Positions 22,284-31,018 of a stretch of DNA of 32,000 nt are shown piece after piece. The notes beneath the pieces were generated by a model. It searched no databases, was not told the DNA's origin, and saw nothing but the letters and a program-made list of their open reading frames with translations. How positions within the stretch are numbered: position 1 is the stretch's first letter; each line of letters begins with the position of its first letter. The stretch comes from Candidatus Saccharimonadota bacterium (GTDB lineage: Archaea > Nanobdellota > Nanobdellia > Pacearchaeales > GW2011-AR1). Location: assembly GCA_017609205.1 (NCBI GenBank), contig JAFCEL010000001.1:1-32000 (forward strand). Reading direction: 5' to 3'. The translations under genes were made by a program, and so were the position numbers.

Positions 22284-25200
22284 TGATACAAAAAAGTAAA
22301 CATCCAATTGTAAAAAGTTTTCTTAGAAATCACTCTCTTGTTGAATCTAATATAATTTCTTTTAATAACTTCATAAAATTCCGAATGCAGGAGATTGTGG
22401 AGGAAATAGCAGAGACAATTAATAATGAAGATTTTGAAATAACTCTCGGAAAAATAAGGGTTGGAAGACCTAATATTATAGAAGCAGATGGGAGTTCTTC
22501 AAGAATAATGCCTTATGAGGCAAGACTTAGGAATTTGACTTATTCAGCTCCTATTACATTAGAGATTACTATAAGGAAGGATGATCTTGTTGATTCAGGG
22601 GAGGTTGAAATAGGGAGAATACCTATTATGGTAAAAAGTGAAGTATGCAATACTCATGGGCTTTCAAAAGAAGAGCTTATAAAAAATTATAATGACCCGA
22701 ATGATCCAGGAGGATATTTTATAATAAAAGGGAACGAGAGAGTTATGGTTATGGCAGAAGACCTCGCCGAGAACCAGCCTTTTATAGAGACAAATAATAA
22801 AGGGGAACTAACTCTTAGGCTTTTTTCATTGAGGGGAACATATAGAATACCTATTACAATTAGCGAGAATAAAGATGGTATTTTAGAAGTCACCTTTAGT
22901 AGGTTTAAGAATATCCCTGCAGTTGTGCTTCTTAAGGCTTTGGGAATGACAAAGGAATCAGATATTGCAAAAAATATAGGGCAGGATAATGATAATGTTA
23001 TAGTAAATCTTTATGAATTTGTTGATATAGTTTCAAAAGAAGATGCTATGCTTTATATTGCAGAGAAGACAAATCTTCAGGGAACAAAAAAAGAGATCTT
23101 GGACAGAACAAAGCAGAGAATTAATTCTTATTTATTTCCTCATATTGGACAAAAAAAGGAGGACCTTGAGAAAAAAGCAGAAACTCTTTGCAAATTTATA
23201 AAACAGTATTTAATTGCTAAGAAGAATCCGTCGCTGAGAACAGACAAGGACCATTATGCTAACAAAAGAGTCAGACTTTCTGGAGATCTTCTTACAACAT
23301 TATTTAGGGTGAATCTTGGGATTCTTATTCGTGACATTCAATATTCTCTTCAAAAGGCATCAAAGAGAAAAAAGTTTTTTTCAATTAAGGTTATTGCTAA
23401 GTCTACATTGTTTTCACATCGTGTTGAGTCTTCTATTGCTACAGGAAGTTGGACCGGAGAAAGAAGTGGTGTTACACAGAATATGCAAAAGACGAATTAT
23501 CTTGATACAATTTCCCAATTACAGAGGGTTGCGAGCATGTTGCAGAGTGACCAGGAAAACTTCCTTGCGAGAACATTACATCCCACTCATTATGGAAGGT
23601 TTTGCCCAGTTGAGACTCCTGAAGGAACAGAAATCGGTCTTAGAAAAAATCTTGCGATATTGAGTAAAATTTCCACAAGAGTCGATCTTGATAGAGATAA
23701 ATTTATCAAGGAACTTGAGAAAGAAGGAATGAAGCAGGAAGGGGAATTTGATGTTTTCTTCAATGGATTATTCATTGGATGTGTTGATAATGCTTCTGAA
23801 TTTGTGAGGATACTTCGTGAGAAAAGAAGGAATTCTTCTTTGCCCGAACAAATGAGTTTTAGGGAAGACTATGATTTCAAAAATGTGCTTATATCCACTG
23901 AACCTGGAAGAGTATTAAGACCTGTTATAATTGTAGATGATGGGAAGCCAAGATTAACAAAAGAACATCTTTTGCAGATTGAAGAGAACAAAATAGTCTG
24001 GGAAGATTTGATTAAACAGGGGATTGTTGAGTATATCGATGCTGCTGAGGAAGAAAATGCTCTTGTCGCATTATTTGAAGAGGAGTTAACTCCTGAGCAT
24101 ACTCATCTTGAGATTGATCCTACGGATTTGTTTGGTGTTGTCACAAGTATTGTTCCTTATGCAAATCATGACCAGAGTGCTCGTCTTATGAGGGGAAGTA
24201 AAACATTTAAACAGGCGTTAGGGATTTATGCTGCTAATTATCTTTGTAGGTTAGATACTGATGTGAGTATTTTGCAATATCCTCAAAAACCTATTGTCAG
24301 AAGTTTTGTTTATGATACTCTTAAAACATATCCTGCTGGGCAGAATCTTGTTGTAGCTGTCATGCCTTATGAAGGATATAATATGGAAGATGCCCTTGTT
24401 TTTAATAAAGGGAGTCTTGATAGAGGTGTTGGGAGAAGTTTTTACTTTAGGCCTTATTCTGCTGTTGAAATGAATTATGCAGGAGGACTTAAAGATGAAA
24501 TTGTTATTCCTGAAAAAGATGTTTCAGGTTATAAATCTGAAAAAGACTATGGATTCCTTGAGACTGACGGGGTAGTTTCGGTTGAAGCAAACATTGATGA
24601 AGGCAATGTTCTAATAGGAAAAGTCTCTCCTCCAAAATTCTTATCTGAAGCAAGAGAAATTGCTGTAAGAACAAAGAAAGAATCAAGCATAACAATGAGA
24701 CAGGAAGAAAAAGGGATTGTTGATGCGGTTTTCATAACAGAAGATTCTGAGGGAAATAAAGTTGTTCATGTTAAGACAAGAGACCAGAGAATTCCTGAAT
24801 TAGGGGATAAATTTGCAACTTCACATGGACAAAAAGGTGTTATTGGAATGATTGTTCCAGAAGAAGATATTCCATTTACATCAGAAGGAATTAGACCAGA
24901 TGTTATTTTTAATCCTCATGGTATTCCAAGCCGTATGACTGTTGGTTATCTTTTGGAGTTATTAGCAGGAAAGGTAGGATGCTTGAAAGGAGAAGTTATT
25001 GACGGGACTCCTTTCTCTGGAACAAGTAAGAAAGAACTTGAAGAGCAGCTAAGGGAACTTGGATTTAGATATGATGGAAAAGAGACAATGTATCATCCTG
25101 TTACAGGAAAGAAAATGAAATCAAAGATTTTCGTCGGTAATTTGTACTATCTTAAATTGAAATATATGGTTGGGAATAAGATTCATGGAAGAGCTTCTGG

Positions 25201-25534
25201 TAAGGTTGCGTTGCTTACAAGACAGCCTACAGAAGGACGTGCAAGAGGAGGGGCATTGAGACTTGGTGAGATGGAACAACAGGCGTTGGTTGCTCATGGT
25301 GCTTCATTGTTGCTTAAAGAGAGATATGATTCAGATAAAGTTATAATTCCTATATGTTCAAAATGCGGGACAATTGGAATTGATGATACAATTAGAAATA
25401 GGGTCTTCTGTCCTATGTGTAACAGCGACGAGGTTGAGTATATAGAGATATCATATGCATTTAAATTATTGCTTGAAGAACTTCAAGGACTTCATATCTA
25501 TGCAAGTTTTGGATTAAAGAATAAATATGAATAA
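22283..25534 (+). CDS. rpoB: DNA-directed RNA polymerase subunit B (unsplit Rpo2)
   Basis: 1083 aa. GYFIIKGNERV, THYGRFCPVETPEG, GYNMEDA, GDKFATSHGQKGV, LGEMEQQAL, and a C-terminal Zn ribbon CSKCG...CPMC. Confidence 0.95.
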   Translation: MIQKSKHPIVKSFLRNHSLVESNIISFNNFIKFRMQEIVEEIAETINNEDFEITLGKIRVGRPNIIEADGSSSRIMPYEARLRNLTYSAPITLEITIRKDDLVDSGEVEIGRIPIMVKSEVCNTHGLSKEELIKNYNDPNDPGGYFIIKGNERVMVMAEDLAENQPFIETNNKGELTLRLFSLRGTYRIPITISENKDGILEVTFSRFKNIPAVVLLKALGMTKESDIAKNIGQDNDNVIVNLYEFVDIVSKEDAMLYIAEKTNLQGTKKEILDRTKQRINSYLFPHIGQKKEDLEKKAETLCKFIKQYLIAKKNPSLRTDKDHYANKRVRLSGDLLTTLFRVNLGILIRDIQYSLQKASKRKKFFSIKVIAKSTLFSHRVESSIATGSWTGERSGVTQNMQKTNYLDTISQLQRVASMLQSDQENFLARTLHPTHYGRFCPVETPEGTEIGLRKNLAILSKISTRVDLDRDKFIKELEKEGMKQEGEFDVFFNGLFIGCVDNASEFVRILREKRRNSSLPEQMSFREDYDFKNVLISTEPGRVLRPVIIVDDGKPRLTKEHLLQIEENKIVWEDLIKQGIVEYIDAAEEENALVALFEEELTPEHTHLEIDPTDLFGVVTSIVPYANHDQSARLMRGSKTFKQALGIYAANYLCRLDTDVSILQYPQKPIVRSFVYDTLKTYPAGQNLVVAVMPYEGYNMEDALVFNKGSLDRGVGRSFYFRPYSAVEMNYAGGLKDEIVIPEKDVSGYKSEKDYGFLETDGVVSVEANIDEGNVLIGKVSPPKFLSEAREIAVRTKKESSITMRQEEKGIVDAVFITEDSEGNKVVHVKTRDQRIPELGDKFATSHGQKGVIGMIVPEEDIPFTSEGIRPDVIFNPHGIPSRMTVGYLLELLAGKVGCLKGEVIDGTPFSGTSKKELEEQLRELGFRYDGKETMYHPVTGKKMKSKIFVGNLYYLKLKYMVGNKIHGRASGKVALLTRQPTEGRARGGALRLGEMEQQALVAHGASLLLKERYDSDKVIIPICSKCGTIGIDDTIRNRVFCPMCNSDEVEYIEISYAFKLLLEELQGLHIYASFGLKNKYE

Positions 25535-28500
25535 AATGGCACAAAGAATAATTAAGAAAAAGATAGGAGAAATAAAGTTTGGTTTGCTTAGCCCTGAGCA
25601 GATTAAAAAGTTGTCTACTGCCAAAATCGTGACTCCTGAGTTGTATAATATTGATGGTTACCCTGTTGATGGAGGATTAATGGACTTAAGATTAGGGGCT
25701 ATTGATCCTGGGGTTAGATGCCGGACCTGTGGTGGAAGAATAAAAGAATGCCTTGGACATCCGGGGAGTATTGATTTAGCAAGACCTGTTGTTCATCTGA
25801 AATATGTTCCTTTGATTGAAATGGGGCTTAGGTGTTTTTGTCATGCTTGTGGAAAATTAATGGTTGCGGATAAGGATTTAGAGAAGTATTCTTTAAGCCA
25901 GAGAGCAAAAAAAGCAAAAGATGCGAAGAAATGTCCTCATTGTGGGACAGCTCACGAGAGGATTCGTCTTGATAAGCCAACTAGTTTTTATATAGGAAGG
26001 ACAAGAATCTTTCCGACTGAACTGAGAGAAATGCTTGTAAGAGTTCCCGACGAGGAATTGAGAAAGGTTGGTGTGAATCCGAAGACAGCAAGACCTGAAT
26101 GGGCAATTTTAACTTCATTACTGGTGCCTCCTGTAACAGTTCGTCCAAGTATTATTCTTGAGTCAGGAGAAAGAAGCGAGGATGATTTGACTCACAAACT
26201 TTCGGATATTATTCGTGCCAATCAAAGATTATGGGAAAATCTTAATGCAGGTGCTCCAGAGGTTATTATCGAAGATTTATGGGACTTGCTTCAATTTCAC
26301 ATTACGACTTTTTTTGATAATACTGTCACAAGAATTCCTCCTGCAAGACATAGGAGTGGACAACCATTGAAGACAATTACAGAGAGGATTAAAGGTAAGG
26401 AAGGAAGAATAAGAAAGAATCTGGCAGGTAAAAGAGTTAATTATTCTGCTCGTTCTGTTATCTCGCCTGACCCTTCTCTTGAGATAAATGAGGTGGGAGT
26501 TCCTTATGAAATAGCAAAAATTTTGACTGTTGCTGAGACAGTTAATGAGCTTAATATTGATAAATTAAAAGAATTGATAAAAAGAGGTTCTGAATATCCT
26601 GGAGCAAATTATGTTATTCGTCCTGATGGAAAAAGAAAAAAGATAACAGATGAGCTTAAGGAAGAAATAATTGAGGAGCTTTCCTTTGGATACAAGGTTG
26701 AAAGACATCTTCACGACGGGGATGTGGTTTTATTTAATCGTCATCCAAGTTTGCACAGAGGGAGTTTAATGGCTCATTTTGTCAAGGTATTAGCTGGAAG
26801 AACTTTTAGACTCCATCCTGCTGTTGCTGCGCCTTATAATGCAGACTATGACGGAGATGAGATGAATATTCACTCACCTCAGACAGAGGAAGCAAGAGCA
26901 GAAGCAAAAATCCTTTTAGATGTGAAGAAACATCTTATATCTCCAAAGAACAATTCTAACCTTATAGGTGGTGTTAAAGATACGAATACTGGAAATTATC
27001 TTTTGGGTCTTGATGCTTTCTCAAGAGAGGAAGCAAACAATCTTTTATATCAGGCAGGTATTGATGCTGGGATTTCAAAAAAGAGTATTGAAGGAAAGGA
27101 ATTATTCTCAGTGATTCTTCCGAAAATAGACTTTCAAAACAAATCAATTAAAATAAAAGATGGAAAGATTATCGAGGGGAAGATAGACAAGACTACTTTT
27201 GGAGGAGAGGATGGTGCTCTAATAAAGGAGATGGATAGGGCTGTTGGGAGGGAGGAAACTTTTGAGATAATCAAGAAGTCTTTTAATCTTGGAACAAAAT
27301 ATCTCTCAAATCGAGGAATAACAATTTCACTCGAGGATTTAGATCTCGAGGATAAAATTATTGAGATAGGGGATGACATTGTGAAAAAAGCAGAGAAGAA
27401 AACACAAGAGATTATTAATTCTTACAATAATAAAACCCTTAATATTATTCCAGGAAAAACAGAGGAAGAATCAAGAGAAATTAAGATACTGCAAGTGCTT
27501 AATGAGATAAGAACTAAAATAGGGGAGGTTGTCAAGAGGGAATTTCCAAAAGACAATCCTGTTACCCATATGATAAACTCAGGTGGTGGAGGAAATATGC
27601 TGAATATTACTCAGATGGCTTGTTGTGTTGGACAGCAGCAGTTAAGCGGAAGAAGAATTGATTTTGGATACAATGGGAGAACTCTTTCATTCTTTAAAAG
27701 AGGGGATTTATCACCGAAGGCAAGAGGATTTATTTATAACTCTTTTATAAAAGGTTTGAGACCTGATGAATTTTTCTTTGGTGCTGTTACAGGAAGAGAT
27801 TCTCTTATGGATACTGCATTAAGAACTCCTAAATCAGGTTATTTATACAGAAGGTTATCGAATGCACTCCAGGATTTAAGAATTGAATATGATAGAACTG
27901 TTAGAGATGGTAATAATAATATAATTCAATTTGAATATGGCGATGATGGAAGAGATGTTACAAAACTTCATACTGATGGAAAAATTGAGCCAGGAGAGGC
28001 GATTGGAATCGTGACTGCTCAGTCTATGGGAGAGCCTTCAACACAGATGGTTATGAGAACTTTCCATATGGCAGGAGTAGCAGAGATGCAGGTGACTATG
28101 GGTCTTCCAAGACTGATTGAAATATTTGATGCAAGAAAAACTCCTTCTTCTCCAAAAATGGAAATTTATCTTACAAAAGATTATAATAATGAAGAAAGTG
28201 CAAGGAAATTCGCTGAAAAAATAAAGGAAATCAGTCTTGAGGAGATATCTTCGGAGATTAATATAAATTTCAGTGACAAGAAAATTGAGATAAGACTTGA
28301 TAAGCAGAAAATGAAAAGAAAGGGAATTAGCAGTAAAGAAGTTCTTGAAAGATTAGAAAGTTCTAATATTCCTTTGAAAAATAAAGAGAATGTTCTTGTG
28401 TTTGATTTATCTAAGATGAGGTTTAGGGAAATTTATAAGTTAAAGGAAAAACTGAAAAAAACTATTATCTCTGGAGTCAAAGGTATTAAGCAGATTCTTA

Positions 28501-29027
28501 TTGTTAAGAAAGATAGAGATTATATTGTTATGACTCTTGGAACAAATCTAAAAGAGGTTATGAAGATGAAAGAAGTTAATAAGGATAAAATTCTCTCTAA
28601 TGATTTGTATGAATTTGCAGATGTCTTTGGAATTGAAGCTGCGAGACAATTAATAATAAATGAAGCAAAAAATGTTCTTGATAATCAGGGGCTTGATGTG
28701 GACGATAGGCATTTCAAGTTAATTGCCGACGCTATGACGACGACGGGTATAATTAAGGGAGTTACAAGAATGGGAATAATTGCACAAAAGTCCTCTATTC
28801 TTGCGAGAGCTACATTTGAAACTCCTGATAAGCAGTTTGTTAATGCGACAGTTAAAGGACAAAAAGAACAGTTATCAAGTGTAATAGAAAATATAATTCT
28901 TAATCAACCAGTTCCAATTGGAACAGGATTGCCTGGACTTCTTGTAAAAGTTGTGGGTCCTCTTACAAAAAAAGAGAGTGAAAAGAAACTTGCAAAGAAA
29001 GAGGTTGTAGAGAAAACGAATAAATAA
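25527..29027 (+). CDS. rpoA: DNA-directed RNA polymerase subunit A, single polypeptide covering both A' and A'' (Rpo1N+Rpo1C fused)
   Basis: One uninterrupted 1166-aa ORF. It contains the zinc ribbon CRTCGG...C, NADYDGDEMN (catalytic Asp triad, A' part), then ...QFEYGDDGRDVTKLHTDGKIEPGEAIGIVTAQSMGEPSTQMVMRTFHMAGVA (trigger loop, normally near the N-terminus of a separate A''). No stop/start pair occurs near nt 27950-27990. Confidence 0.93.
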   Translation: MNKMAQRIIKKKIGEIKFGLLSPEQIKKLSTAKIVTPELYNIDGYPVDGGLMDLRLGAIDPGVRCRTCGGRIKECLGHPGSIDLARPVVHLKYVPLIEMGLRCFCHACGKLMVADKDLEKYSLSQRAKKAKDAKKCPHCGTAHERIRLDKPTSFYIGRTRIFPTELREMLVRVPDEELRKVGVNPKTARPEWAILTSLLVPPVTVRPSIILESGERSEDDLTHKLSDIIRANQRLWENLNAGAPEVIIEDLWDLLQFHITTFFDNTVTRIPPARHRSGQPLKTITERIKGKEGRIRKNLAGKRVNYSARSVISPDPSLEINEVGVPYEIAKILTVAETVNELNIDKLKELIKRGSEYPGANYVIRPDGKRKKITDELKEEIIEELSFGYKVERHLHDGDVVLFNRHPSLHRGSLMAHFVKVLAGRTFRLHPAVAAPYNADYDGDEMNIHSPQTEEARAEAKILLDVKKHLISPKNNSNLIGGVKDTNTGNYLLGLDAFSREEANNLLYQAGIDAGISKKSIEGKELFSVILPKIDFQNKSIKIKDGKIIEGKIDKTTFGGEDGALIKEMDRAVGREETFEIIKKSFNLGTKYLSNRGITISLEDLDLEDKIIEIGDDIVKKAEKKTQEIINSYNNKTLNIIPGKTEEESREIKILQVLNEIRTKIGEVVKREFPKDNPVTHMINSGGGGNMLNITQMACCVGQQQLSGRRIDFGYNGRTLSFFKRGDLSPKARGFIYNSFIKGLRPDEFFFGAVTGRDSLMDTALRTPKSGYLYRRLSNALQDLRIEYDRTVRDGNNNIIQFEYGDDGRDVTKLHTDGKIEPGEAIGIVTAQSMGEPSTQMVMRTFHMAGVAEMQVTMGLPRLIEIFDARKTPSSPKMEIYLTKDYNNEESARKFAEKIKEISLEEISSEININFSDKKIEIRLDKQKMKRKGISSKEVLERLESSNIPLKNKENVLVFDLSKMRFREIYKLKEKLKKTIISGVKGIKQILIVKKDRDYIVMTLGTNLKEVMKMKEVNKDKILSNDLYEFADVFGIEAARQLIINEAKNVLDNQGLDVDDRHFKLIADAMTTTGIIKGVTRMGIIAQKSSILARATFETPDKQFVNATVKGQKEQLSSVIENIILNQPVPIGTGLPGLLVKVVGPLTKKESEKKLAKKEVVEKTNK

Positions 29028-29038
29028 TTCCGAAATCC

Positions 29039-29046
29039 TTTTAAAC
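29039..29046 (+). promoter_or_regulatory. TATA-like box TTTTAAAC upstream of nusA
   Basis: Ends 28 nt upstream of the ATG at 29075. Possible internal promoter within the operon. Confidence 0.3.
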
Positions 29047-29074
29047 AGAGTCTTTTTAACAGCATTATCAAAAG

Positions 29075-29491
29075 ATGGAAAGTACATTAGATATGCAGGG
29101 TATTCGACATTTGAATCTCTTTGGGAAAATAACAAAAGTTAATACTCGTTTTTATTTCAATTATAATAGGACTCTTATTTTTTGTGTTCCTAAGCAACTT
29201 GTTCAGAAGGCAATTGGAAAGGAAGGGAAGAATGTGAAGAAAATAAGAGAAATTCTGCGAAGGAGAATAAAAATAATTCCAAGTCCTGGGGGAATCAGCG
29301 ATGCTAAACAATTTATTCAGAAAATTGTAGAACCAAATGAATTTAGGGATTTGGAAATTACAGGAGATGAAATAATTATCTCTGCAGGAAAACATAGTAA
29401 AGCAGCTTTAATAGGAAGGAATAAAAGAAGGTTAATTGAACTTCAGAAGATTGTGAGAAATTTTTTTGACAAAAATGTAAGAATTGTTTAA
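29075..29491 (+). CDS. nusA: Archaeal NusA-like transcription termination/antitermination protein (two KH domains)
   Basis: 138 aa. KH GXXG-type loops (IGKEGKNVKKI and IGRNKRRLIEL) and the conserved position between rpoA and rps12. Confidence 0.8.
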   Translation: MESTLDMQGIRHLNLFGKITKVNTRFYFNYNRTLIFCVPKQLVQKAIGKEGKNVKKIREILRRRIKIIPSPGGISDAKQFIQKIVEPNEFRDLEITGDEIIISAGKHSKAALIGRNKRRLIELQKIVRNFFDKNVRIV

Positions 29492-29499
29492 TCATAATA

Positions 29500-29508
29500 T
29501 TTTTAAAC
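29500..29508 (+). promoter_or_regulatory. TATA-like box TTTTTAAAC upstream of rps12
   Basis: Ends 20 nt upstream of the ATG at 29529. Confidence 0.3.
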
Positions 29509-29528
29509 TAATTCTATAAACATATAAT

Positions 29529-29951
29529 ATGGGATTGAAGAGCGCGAAAAAACTTATCAAGAAAAGAAAGAAATTCCGATGGAAAGATCGGCATTACAAA
29601 GTTAAGACTTTGGATCTTTTTGCAAAGTCAGACCCTCTTAAAGGTGCTAGCCAAGCAAGGGGGATTGTCCTCTCAAAATTCCAGAAAGAAGCTGCACAGC
29701 CAAATTCAGCGATGAGAAAATGTTGCAGGGTTCAGTTGAAGAAAAATGGAAAAATTGTTGGTGCGTTTATTCCTGGGAATCTTGGACAGAAATTTATTAA
29801 TGAGCATGATGAAGTTTTAATTGAAAGAATAGGTGGAAAGCAGGGAAGAGCAAAAGGGGATATTCGTGGAATTCGTTTTCAAGTTATTCAGGTAAATGAC
29901 CAGCCTTTACACTTATTAGTCGCGGGCAAGATTGAGAAGGGTAGAAGATAA
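29529..29951 (+). CDS. rps12: 30S ribosomal protein S12 (uS12)
   Basis: 140 aa. [34 protein letters not shown]-like [12 protein letters not shown]. Confidence 0.92.
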   Translation: MGLKSAKKLIKKRKKFRWKDRHYKVKTLDLFAKSDPLKGASQARGIVLSKFQKEAAQPNSAMRKCCRVQLKKNGKIVGAFIPGNLGQKFINEHDEVLIERIGGKQGRAKGDIRGIRFQVIQVNDQPLHLLVAGKIEKGRR

Positions 29952-29952
29952 A

Positions 29953-30303
29953 ATGATATATGTTGCAAGAAAAAAACAAGCGAGAAAATTACTTAATGAG
30001 CCTGTAGTGGTTTTGGAAAAAATATCAGGAAGAGAAGAAGAAGGTTGTTTGTTGTTTGGATATTATGACGGAGAAGAATTCCATGAGAAGAGGTTTGATG
30101 GAGAGAATAGAGAGGGAACAAACTTAGGATATTATGTTCTAAGAGAAAATAAAAAGCCACTAAGATTATTTCTTAAGGATATTGAGATTAATCGCGGGTA
30201 TATAACTGTTGGGAAATTAAATACTTCACCTTCAAGAGAACAAAAATCCTTGGAGAAAAGACATTCCTCATTGTATGGAATCTTTGAGGAGGCAGTAGCT
30301 TAA
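29953..30303 (+). CDS. Hypothetical 116-aa protein inserted between rps12 and rps7
   Basis: The track start at 29932 is TTG inside rps12. The ATG at 29953 lies 1 nt after the rps12 stop, and the ORF's own stop is 1 nt before the rps7 ATG. This tight packing suggests a genuine co-translated operon gene. No recognisable motif (MIYVARKKQARKLLNEPVVVLEKISGREEEGCLLFGYYDGEEF...). Confidence 0.5.
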   Translation: MIYVARKKQARKLLNEPVVVLEKISGREEEGCLLFGYYDGEEFHEKRFDGENREGTNLGYYVLRENKKPLRLFLKDIEINRGYITVGKLNTSPSREQKSLEKRHSSLYGIFEEAVA

Positions 30304-30304
30304 G

Positions 30305-30916
30305 ATGGCAGAAACCCAGTTACCACATTTTAAAATCTTTGATAAATATGATTTGTCAGAAGTAAAGGTAGAGGATCCTGGGTTGAAAAGAGTAATTAAT
30401 CTTGAGCCTAAGTTGGTTTTAAAGAGTTATGGAAGAAATGTTCAGAAATTTGGTCAGGCAAAAGTTAATGTTGTAGAGAGATTAATGAATAGGGTTGCAA
30501 CAGCAGGACATCGAGGGAAAAAACATAGAATACAGAAAGGAAGAGCAACTGGAAAATATTCAAAGAATATGAAAATTGTCTTAGACGCGTTGGAGATGAT
30601 TGAGAAAAGAACTGGCAAGAATCCCATTCAAGTTTTAGTTAAGGCAATTGAGAATTCTGCTCCACGTGATGAGATTACAGTGATTGAATATGGAGGTGCA
30701 AGATATCCTCAGGCAGTTGATGTTTCTCCTCTCCGACGAGTAAATCTTGCGTTAAGATGGCTTGTGCATGGTGCATCAGATAAAGCGTTTAATAAAAAGA
30801 AAACAATTGCACAAGCGCTTTGTGACGAGATTATAATGGCTTCTGAGGAAAATGGCGAGAGTTTTGCAATTAAAAAGAAAAGGGAATCCGAGGCTCAGGC
30901 TGATAGTGCTAGGTAA
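30305..30916 (+). CDS. rps7: 30S ribosomal protein S7 (uS7)
   Basis: 203 aa. RLMNRV...GKK, NPIQVLVKAIENSAPRDE, RRVNLALRWLV are archaeal uS7 motifs. Confidence 0.92.
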   Translation: MAETQLPHFKIFDKYDLSEVKVEDPGLKRVINLEPKLVLKSYGRNVQKFGQAKVNVVERLMNRVATAGHRGKKHRIQKGRATGKYSKNMKIVLDALEMIEKRTGKNPIQVLVKAIENSAPRDEITVIEYGGARYPQAVDVSPLRRVNLALRWLVHGASDKAFNKKKTIAQALCDEIIMASEENGESFAIKKKRESEAQADSAR

Positions 30917-30963
30917 TTCTGAAGATATTGTTAAGATGAAAATTGATAATATTCAAGAAAGTT

Positions 30964-30971
30964 TTTTAAAC
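30964..30971 (+). promoter_or_regulatory. TATA-like box TTTTAAAC upstream of EF-2
   Basis: TTTTTTAAACCAATTTTT resembles the TTTTTAAACCAAATTTT sequence upstream of rpoH. 47 nt from the ATG at 31019. Confidence 0.3.
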
Positions 30972-31018
30972 CAATTTTTCAATTAATTAATATTAAAATT
31001 TCTTAAGGGAAATTTAGA

